Source: a virus
Length of the DNA stretch: 64,000 nucleotides
Direction: 5' to 3' (one strand)
Virus record (IMG/VR): IMGVR_UViG_3300044638_006409
Coordinates: 32,001-96,000 of that record
The notes under the pieces are model-generated. The model saw only the letters and a program-made list of their open reading frames with translations, searched no databases and had not been told where the DNA came from. Positions within the stretch are counted from its first letter, which is position 1. Each line of letters opens with the position of its first letter. Made by a program: the position numbers and the translations under genes. Positions 57,517-64,000 of the stretch are shown one piece after another.

Positions 57517-57699
57517 ATGGAGACCATAGAAAAAATCAAAACACTGACTGAAGAATTATCAGTTGACACTAACAAATTTTTCAAAGGCAATAATAGTGCT
57601 GGTACAAGAGCAAGAAAATTAGCACAAGATTTAAAAAATTTGTTACAAAAATTGAGAACAGAAATATTAGAAGAAAGAAAAAAAGAGGAAAATGTATAA
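57517..57699 (+). CDS. histone H1-like (Hc1 family) protein
   Basis: GNNSAGTRARK motif in a 60-aa helical protein, as in Bacteroidota Hc1-family proteins. Confidence 0.75.
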   Translation: METIEKIKTLTEELSVDTNKFFKGNNSAGTRARKLAQDLKNLLQKLRTEILEERKKEENV

Positions 57700-57880
57700 T
57701 ATTGATACTATTTTTTTATACCTCAATGTATTTTCAATACTTTTCGTACTCAGAGTATCTTATAAATTTATAAGTGCCCTATTATCAAATCCACCAAGTA
57801 AATTGATTTTGGGAAATAGGGAACTTATATTTTTTGGAGTTTCATTAGCATATGTCATTACTTATTTAATAACTTTATGA
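57692..57880 (+). CDS. small two-helix membrane protein
   Basis: Two hydrophobic segments. Confidence 0.55.
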   Translation: MYNIDTIFLYLNVFSILFVLRVSYKFISALLSNPPSKLILGNRELIFFGVSLAYVITYLITL

Positions 57881-58323
57881 GTTTATATCAAGAATTTTCA
57901 TCATTATTACCATATCTACAATCAATAAGAAAGTTAAAAAACTATTTATCTTTCGACATAAGTTTTCCGAACACTTGGAAAATACCCAAGAAGTTTGTTG
58001 AAGAAGATAAGATTATCGAACAAACTTCCCAAATTGAGAATGAAAGATTATTTTCAATAGTCACTGAAATCTCTGAAAGTGATATTCAAAAAACTCATAG
58101 TAATCTTAGAAATATTATTAAGTACAACATCGAAAGAGAAGAAAAGGATAAATTGTTCGAAACTAAAGTAGATGAATTGAAAAAAATATTCGAAAAACAA
58201 AATTTGGAAAAGTTAAAGGGATTATTTTTCAATATAAGTGAACCAACATCAAAAAAAGTAGAATTAGAAGATGATGAAGAACAACTCGGATCAAAAACTG
58301 AAATGGTTGGAAAAGGAGATTAA
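57877..58323 (+). CDS. hypothetical protein
   Basis: Coupled ORF. Confidence 0.6.
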   Translation: MSLYQEFSSLLPYLQSIRKLKNYLSFDISFPNTWKIPKKFVEEDKIIEQTSQIENERLFSIVTEISESDIQKTHSNLRNIIKYNIEREEKDKLFETKVDELKKIFEKQNLEKLKGLFFNISEPTSKKVELEDDEEQLGSKTEMVGKGD

Positions 58324-58462
58324 GCGAGACCAACTAGAACTTGATAAAGAAAAAGAAAACTTTATCAACAAGATAAAAAATATGAAAAAAGAAGAGATTA
58401 TACCTCTTAAACCAAAAAAAATTACATTATGGCAACGGATAAAAAAGGTGTTAATGGGTTAA
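58271..58462 (+). CDS. small basic protein
   Basis: C-terminal KITLWQRIKKVL amphipathic helix. Confidence 0.5.
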   Translation: MMKNNSDQKLKWLEKEIKRDQLELDKEKENFINKIKNMKKEEIIPLKPKKITLWQRIKKVLMG

Positions 58463-58677
58463 TTGAGAAACTTGCATATGTTTCAGATGAAGTTAGTAAA
58501 GTATTTCCTGATAGTAGATCCGTTGTAGTCTTTTCTCTAAATGAAAATGACTTTAACTATAGTAAAACTCAAGTAGAAAACTTTTCAGACACAAATCAAT
58601 TCAAAATTGACATTTCAGGTATAGAGTTTATTTTTTTGAGGGATGAGTTGTTGAATAACGCTGAAGATAAGATTTAG
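58429..58677 (+). CDS. hypothetical protein
   Basis: Overlapping ORF in the operon. Confidence 0.5.
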   Translation: MATDKKGVNGLIEKLAYVSDEVSKVFPDSRSVVVFSLNENDFNYSKTQVENFSDTNQFKIDISGIEFIFLRDELLNNAEDKI

Positions 58678-59269
58678 GAAACCCATACTCAACTAAAAGA
58701 TTATAAAGATATTTTTTTTGTGGAAAAGAAAAATCTTTTACAAAAATACAATCACCCCTTTTTTCAGACCTCATTTTATTTTCCATCGAATCAATAAATC
58801 GGTCGGCATCATCCTCATCCTTAAAGGTAAATAATTTAATTTCTTCGTTACCCTGAAATATAATTTTGTTGTTTAATTTAGAAATCATTTTTATTCCTTT
58901 ATAACTCAAATACTTTTTCTCAAAAATATTACTAGTTATTTTTTTCTTTGTCGAATAGTCCAAAAATTCCTCCTCAAGATTGTACTTAATTATCTTTAGT
59001 ACATTATACTCCTCCGAATCCGTTTCAACTTTAGTTGTTCGACCTAGTTCGTCCTTAATGTATATTTTTTCCAAACCAAATTCCTTGTTTTCCATCAATA
59101 GCAGTTCGAACTGACACTTTGAACCGTTTTCAGTTCTTTTTTCAAAAACCACACTATCGCTCAGTTTAGATTGTTCATTAAAAAAATCTAAGGCCTTTTT
59201 CTTAGTTTTAAATTTGTTGATTATTTTCCTTTTTTCTTTATTTTTGAAGAGAATGATTAAATAGTTCAT
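58628..59269 (-). CDS. hypothetical protein
   Basis: 213-aa ORF; minus-strand TATTTATA at 59298-59305. Confidence 0.65.
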   Translation of the reverse strand: MNYLIILFKNKEKRKIINKFKTKKKALDFFNEQSKLSDSVVFEKRTENGSKCQFELLLMENKEFGLEKIYIKDELGRTTKVETDSEEYNVLKIIKYNLEEEFLDYSTKKKITSNIFEKKYLSYKGIKMISKLNNKIIFQGNEEIKLFTFKDEDDADRFIDSMENKMRSEKRGDCIFVKDFSFPQKKYLYNLLVEYGFPKSYLQRYSTTHPSKK

Positions 59270-59305
59270 ATAATAAAAATAAAATACATAACTTAAATAT
59301 AAATA

Positions 59306-60217
59306 ATGGAAAATTACTACGAGATACTGGGAGTTAACGAGAACGCAACATCAGATGAAATTAAAAAAAGTTATAGGAAATTAGCTATGGAACATCATCC
59401 TGACAAGGGTGGTAATGAAGAAAAATTTAAAAAAGTTTCTGAAGCATATGATATCTTAGGTGATGAAAATAAAAGAACTAATTATGATAACCAAAGAAAA
59501 AATCCATTCGGTGGAAACAATATCTTCGAAGAATTTTTCAATTCATTCAATAATAGAAATCGCCCCCCATCAGTCCCTGACAAAATAATTAATTTAGAAA
59601 TTAGTGTTTTAGATTCCTTTAAGTCTTCAGAAAAAACTTTTACATATTTAAGGAATGAAAAGTGTGAAGGTTGTGATGGTAATGGTGGTGAAAAAACAAA
59701 ATGTAATGTTTGTAATGGAACAGGAACAATTGTTATGAAAATGGGTAATGGTTTCTTCACCCAAGTTTTTCATCAAAATTGTAATCATTGTAAGGGAAGT
59801 GGGTTTCTTTTTAAAAAAGTATGCAACACTTGTAATGGTACTTCAAATAGTAGTAAATCTGAAACCATAAAAATAAAAATTCCACATGGTGTTGGTGATG
59901 GTCAATTTTTCAGAATGCAGGGTAAGGGTGATTTCACCAATGGTGTATATGGAAACTTAGTAATTAAGGTAATGATTAAACCAGAACAAGACTTCAAAAA
60001 AGAGGGGAATAATCTTATTTACGATTGTTATCTCAACGACAAAGAAATATTGGAGGAGTCTATCAGTATTCCCCATCCAGATGGTGCAATGTTAGTTAAA
60101 CTACCCGAAACTTTTGATAGTAGTAAACCATTGAGAGTAAAAAACAAAGGTTTCAAAGTTGAGGGAATCGGTGATTTTATAATTAACTTAAATGTTAGAT
60201 TTAAAAGAAAAAATTAA
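59306..60217 (+). CDS. dnaJ: DnaJ chaperone (type I-like)
   Basis: J domain with HPD, four CxxCxG-type repeats and a C-terminal domain. Confidence 0.92.
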   Translation: MENYYEILGVNENATSDEIKKSYRKLAMEHHPDKGGNEEKFKKVSEAYDILGDENKRTNYDNQRKNPFGGNNIFEEFFNSFNNRNRPPSVPDKIINLEISVLDSFKSSEKTFTYLRNEKCEGCDGNGGEKTKCNVCNGTGTIVMKMGNGFFTQVFHQNCNHCKGSGFLFKKVCNTCNGTSNSSKSETIKIKIPHGVGDGQFFRMQGKGDFTNGVYGNLVIKVMIKPEQDFKKEGNNLIYDCYLNDKEILEESISIPHPDGAMLVKLPETFDSSKPLRVKNKGFKVEGIGDFIINLNVRFKRKN

Positions 60218-60350
60218 ATAAATCTCTAACTAAACTTACAAATCCATAAAAGGTACAAGCCGCAACTGCAACAGAAATTAATACTAAATTTAAGTGTTTT
60301 GTTTGAAAACCTTTATTTTTACATGTTGTACATCCTTTTTCTTGTTCCAT
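60201..60350 (-). CDS. small membrane protein with CxxC
   Basis: [11 protein letters not shown] followed by a TM helix; ATG at 60350. Confidence 0.5.
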   Translation of the reverse strand: MEQEKGCTTCKNKGFQTKHLNLVLISVAVAACTFYGFVSLVRDLFNFFF

Positions 60351-60380
60351 AGTCTTTTTTAATTTAAAAGTATTATATTT

Positions 60381-60410
60381 GTCCCAATAATCAATAATAG
60401 TTATTGGGAC
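60381..60410. repeat. perfect 10-bp inverted repeat between divergent genes
   Basis: GTCCCAATAA-N10-TTATTGGGAC. Confidence 0.8.
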
Positions 60411-60457
60411 TACTATTTTTATCACATCAAAGATATTTATTAAGAAAAACAAAAAAA

Positions 60458-61831
60458 ATGAGATTTACTTCCGTACTTAAGAAATTAATTGTTGAAAACT
60501 CAAGATTCAAAGTTCTTTATGATAAGATGGTTACCCCATCACAAAAAGCATTAGAAAAAAATCCAAAAGCTAAAGGTTTGATGACCTTTGACATATTAAA
60601 AAGAATCATATTTGCTGACCCTGACACCAAAGCACCTGAAAACTTTGATATAGATGGGGCATCGATTGATGATATGGATAAAGTTAAAGTTGGTAAGTTT
60701 ACACAATGGATGTTGAAAAACTTCGCAGTACCTACTATGACTGACGAAATGAAAGCTTTAGACCCCCAATCTAAAGAGTTCAAAAATGCAATCAAAAGTT
60801 ATAGAGAATTGTATTTGGAAGATTTATTCAAGATGACTGAACAGCTTCAATTTTTCGAAAAAGTAAAACAATATTTACCTGAAAACCAAAGGGACATCAA
60901 TAAATTGACACCAGCTCAATTGAAAGATATATTTGCTAACTTCAAGTTACCTGAAAAGAAACAGAAAGAACTTGAGAAAAAACAAGCAAAGAAAACTAGA
61001 GAAGGATTAAAACACGCTGGTGGTGATATTATTTTTGAAGGAAGTGATTGGGTATTGATTAAAGTTGAAGGTAACAATCCAACTAGTAAAGACGCTGCAA
61101 TTTATTATGGAGGCTATAAGGATTATAGAGAGGGTGAATCTGACTGGTGTACATCAGCACCTGGTTTGACTTGGTTTGAAAGATATATTAAGGATGGTCC
61201 TCTTTATGTTGTATTCCCACAGAATGACAATGGCCAAGTTGGTAAAAGAACAGGATTACCTGAAGAAAGATATCAGTTCCATTTCCCTTCAAGTCAATTT
61301 ATGGACAGACACGATAGACAGATTGATTTAGTAAAGTTTTTGAATGAGAAGGCACCTGAGTTGAAAGATTTCTTCAAAAGTGAGTTTGCAAAAGGTTTGG
61401 CTACAAAGGGTGGGAAGAAAGTTGAAATTTCTTATCCAAATAGTTCAGCAGGAAAATATGTTGCATTATATGGTTTCGAAGAATTATTCGACAATTTACC
61501 AGATGATATTGAACATTTGATGATTAACAATACATCTCAAACACCAATAGGTTTAGATGTACCTGAATCTTTGGGTAGATTCAAAAGTTTGGATGCTTTG
61601 GTTTTACAAAACATATGTAAATCATTACCTGATAGTATTGGAAACTTACAACAATTAAGTTTTCTTTCTTTACCTGATAACAAACAATTAGTATCTTTAC
61701 CTGAGTCCATTACAGGTTTGGAAAACTTATCTTTTGTTAACTTAAAAGGTTCGAATCCAAGTATTAAAATACCTGAAACATTGAAAGAGAAAATGATGGA
61801 CCAAGGTGATGGTTTCTATTATGTAATGTAA
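60458..61831 (+). CDS. leucine-rich-repeat protein with central WCT-motif domain
   Basis: LPDSIGNLQQLSFLSL and LPESITGLENLSFVNL repeats; DWCTSAPG...GPLYV...YQFHF; TATTTATT at 60434-41. Confidence 0.75.
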   Translation: MRFTSVLKKLIVENSRFKVLYDKMVTPSQKALEKNPKAKGLMTFDILKRIIFADPDTKAPENFDIDGASIDDMDKVKVGKFTQWMLKNFAVPTMTDEMKALDPQSKEFKNAIKSYRELYLEDLFKMTEQLQFFEKVKQYLPENQRDINKLTPAQLKDIFANFKLPEKKQKELEKKQAKKTREGLKHAGGDIIFEGSDWVLIKVEGNNPTSKDAAIYYGGYKDYREGESDWCTSAPGLTWFERYIKDGPLYVVFPQNDNGQVGKRTGLPEERYQFHFPSSQFMDRHDRQIDLVKFLNEKAPELKDFFKSEFAKGLATKGGKKVEISYPNSSAGKYVALYGFEELFDNLPDDIEHLMINNTSQTPIGLDVPESLGRFKSLDALVLQNICKSLPDSIGNLQQLSFLSLPDNKQLVSLPESITGLENLSFVNLKGSNPSIKIPETLKEKMMDQGDGFYYVM

Positions 61832-61844
61832 AAAAATTATATCT

Positions 61845-62129
61845 ATGAATATTGATGTTGAAATATACATTAAGAACTTTATAAACTTCTTTGAGAGTAA
61901 CCCCAACGAATTGATTGATTTGATTGGTGACGAACTCAAAGAAGTTTTTTATAAAAAGGTGGAGGAACAATGTTATAAGAACCTTGACAATGGTGAGGAT
62001 ATTGTTTTGACTCAAAAACAATTGATTGAAATCGTTGTGGACATTAAGAAGGGAAAACCTGATATGAAGGTGTTATTAACCAATGGTGTCTTTCAAAAAA
62101 CAAAATATGGATTAATTTCTTTGAATTAG
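61845..62129 (+). CDS. hypothetical protein
   Basis: 94-aa ORF. Confidence 0.6.
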   Translation: MNIDVEIYIKNFINFFESNPNELIDLIGDELKEVFYKKVEEQCYKNLDNGEDIVLTQKQLIEIVVDIKKGKPDMKVLLTNGVFQKTKYGLISLN

Positions 62130-62130
62130 A

Positions 62131-62162
62131 TTTGGAAATTAGAAAACCTCGTTGTATCTTTG
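62131..62162 (+). promoter_or_regulatory. Bacteroidota-type primary-sigma promoter
   Basis: TTTG(62131-34)-N20-TATCTTTG(62155-62), a perfect -33/-7 consensus. Confidence 0.75.
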
Positions 62163-62197
62163 ACTTATCAATCACTCACCACTAAAAACTTAAAGAT

Positions 62198-62947
62198 ATG
62201 ACAATCCAAGACATCAAATCAATCGCTCCTGCAATCTTCTCTACTTCTGCTGACCCCAAAATGTCAAACAAGTATTCATTCGTTCCAACAATCGAATTGA
62301 TGGAAAACTTCACCAACGAAGGATGGCAACTTGCATCTGTAAAACAAAATGGTAAAGGTGCATATGGTGTACACGAACTAAGATTCCGTAATGGTGAATT
62401 ACCTGCTGTTGGTGACACATTAGTTGAGGCCATCGTTAGAAACTCTCACAATGGTACTACAGCTCTTACGGTTGGTGCCGGTCTCTTCAGGTTAGTATGT
62501 TCCAATGGTTTGGTTGTCCCAACTTCAACCGCTGAACAATTCACTGTAAGACATATGGGTTTTGACTCTGACGAAGTAAAAAGATTGACTGAGAGCTTTG
62601 CAAAGAAATTACCTCTAATCCAAAACTCAGTTGATAAAATGATGGATAGAATGTTGACTGAAGGTGAGAAGATTGAGTTTGCTAAAAACGCATCAATCAT
62701 CAAGTGGGGAATGGGTTCAGTTCCTGCAACACTAAACCTTGAGCAACTTATCACACCACAAAGAATTGAAGATAGCAAAGATGACCTTTGGACAACTTTC
62801 AATGTAATCCAAGAGAAGTTCATCAGAGGTGGTGTTGATTACAAATCAAACTCTGGTAGAAAAACATCCTTGAAAGGTTTGAAAAATATTATGGCTGCAA
62901 ACCAAATGAATACCAAACTTTGGACATTGGCTGAAACTATGGTGTAG
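62198..62947 (+). CDS. DUF932/DUF945 family protein
   Basis: SNKYSFVPT, NSHNGT, AGLFRLVCSNGLV and DLWTTFNVIQE. Confidence 0.85.
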   Translation: MTIQDIKSIAPAIFSTSADPKMSNKYSFVPTIELMENFTNEGWQLASVKQNGKGAYGVHELRFRNGELPAVGDTLVEAIVRNSHNGTTALTVGAGLFRLVCSNGLVVPTSTAEQFTVRHMGFDSDEVKRLTESFAKKLPLIQNSVDKMMDRMLTEGEKIEFAKNASIIKWGMGSVPATLNLEQLITPQRIEDSKDDLWTTFNVIQEKFIRGGVDYKSNSGRKTSLKGLKNIMAANQMNTKLWTLAETMV

Positions 62948-62960
62948 TGATTGAAAATGT

Positions 62961-62995
62961 GAGGGGAGAGATTGATTATCTCTCCTCTTTTTTTT
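62961..62995 (+). terminator. intrinsic terminator
   Basis: GAGGGGAGAGAT-loop-ATCTCTCCTC plus a T tract. Confidence 0.7.
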
Positions 62996-63006
62996 ATAAT
63001 TTCATT

Positions 63007-64000
63007 ATGGAAAAGTTATACGAATTCAGCATATCAAGTTATCACACTTTACTCTACAAAGATTATTGTGAAATAGATGAACAAGATTTATTGGGTGGTC
63101 ACAAAACTGATTCACCTGAGTTGTCTGGTTTTTTTACACCTTCAGTTTTACGAAAAGAGTTTGATTATGACAAAACATTTTTGGACGAGGAATCCTATGT
63201 TAAAAATTATAATAACTTATGTTCCCATATTATTTTCAAAAGAACCTCACTTTATGTTGAAAAAACTGAAGACAAGGTATCTATGAAATTTTTTGTTTAT
63301 TTTAAAGGTAGACAAGCTGGTAAAAAATATTTTAAGAAAGATACAATATGTCATTTTTTAACATATAACTTTAAACAGAATTGTCTTTATAATGGTCATA
63401 TCAAAAACTATCATCTTAAACGAAAATCAAAAAAATTATTGACAAAAAACAATTGGTCTAATAAACCAATTCAGGCATTCATCCAACTATGGATAAATCA
63501 TATAAGAGGTATGAGGTTGAATGATTTTGAGAGAATTGAACAATCAGGAAAAGAAGTTAATGATGCTGTAGGAATATTTCTATCAAATATTTCGGGTACT
63601 GATATGAATATCAATGGATACGACAATGTCATTTATAAACGATATTTAGATGGAATTGGTGTAAAAGTTCCTAATAATTGGATGTACTTTAACAGAACAT
63701 TTCCACAGATTACAAAAAAAATATTTAAAAAACACAAATTCAAGTTTGTTGATGCCTTTATGGGTTTCTACGGATTGTTTGGTGATAAAGTAAAAAGGGT
63801 ATTACACAATGTAACATCAACAGATGGAACGGAATCTTTGAAGTTTGCACTAGAATTTTTTGGTAAAGATTTTATATTATCCCAACCAGACCATTTCATT
63901 AAAGAAACAATTGAAAGTACAACTTTCTTTATGGATTGGGAAAATTATTTAAACAACCAACAACTTAATATAAACGATTACACTAAAACCGAAGTTAGAT
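63007..64000 (+). CDS. hypothetical protein, 3' truncated (not in ORF track)
   Basis: I translated from ATG 63007 (MEKLYEFSISS...) with no stop to the window end. Confidence 0.8.
   Translation, partial: MEKLYEFSISSYHTLLYKDYCEIDEQDLLGGHKTDSPELSGFFTPSVLRKEFDYDKTFLDEESYVKNYNNLCSHIIFKRTSLYVEKTEDKVSMKFFVYFKGRQAGKKYFKKDTICHFLTYNFKQNCLYNGHIKNYHLKRKSKKLLTKNNWSNKPIQAFIQLWINHIRGMRLNDFERIEQSGKEVNDAVGIFLSNISGTDMNINGYDNVIYKRYLDGIGVKVPNNWMYFNRTFPQITKKIFKKHKFKFVDAFMGFYGLFGDKVKRVLHNVTSTDGTESLKFALEFFGKDFILSQPDHFIKETIESTTFFMDWENYLNNQQLNINDYTKTEVR

Noticed and set aside
60374-60381. TATATTTG as a Bacteroidota -7 promoter
   Set aside because: There is no TTG at the expected -33 position.
7782-61831. Eukaryotic giant virus origin suggested by the RNR type, LRR and DnaJ
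   Set aside because: The baseplate genes, sigma-70 factor, operon structure and bacterial promoters indicate a bacteriophage.
63077-63286. 69-aa ORF in the track
   Set aside because: It is nested out of frame within the longer open frame starting at 63007.
1-64000. CRISPR array, tRNA, rRNA or large ncRNA
   Set aside because: Intergenic gaps are short (under about 150 bp); I saw no repeat-spacer pattern or cloverleaf.
1-64000. Alternative genetic code (stop recoding)
   Set aside because: Conserved genes are full length in the standard code with high coding density.

Overview
This is a 64 kb, AT-rich, densely coding segment of a large, distantly T4-like tailed phage with a contractile-tail baseplate, using the standard genetic code. 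The host is most likely in the Bacteroidota. Evidence: TTTG-N20-TAnnTTTG promoters, A-rich start regions without Shine-Dalgarno sites, a Bacteroidota-type primary sigma factor, SprB-like repeats, an Hc1-like protein and a DUF6576-like domain. Gene order: replication/recombination block (SSB, RecA/UvsX, C5-cytosine MTase, 5'-3' exonuclease, DnaB-like helicase, nrdB, nrdA); baseplate/tail block (about 11.2-33.3 kb); RuvC-like resolvase; an inverted cluster of Cys/Thr-rich virion genes (33.9-41.1 kb); primase and a PD-(D/E)XK nuclease; a convergent R-M cassette; separated SbcD and SbcC genes; sigma factor; a putative lysis/envelope block; putative internal head proteins; DnaJ, an LRR protein and DUF932. 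I saw no tRNA, rRNA, CRISPR array, intron or intein. The most interesting signals are: (i) a pervasive [ST]-[GA]-x-T motif largely confined to virion proteins, a candidate glycosylation sequon; (ii) a C5-MTase in the replication operon ending in the beta-clamp motif QLSLF; (iii) a TATTTAT promoter motif, the reverse complement of the T4 late promoter; (iv) a catalytically degenerate amidase; (v) a hairpin that sequesters the start codon of a GIY-YIG-like endonuclease. All family calls come from recognising motifs by eye; no searches were run.
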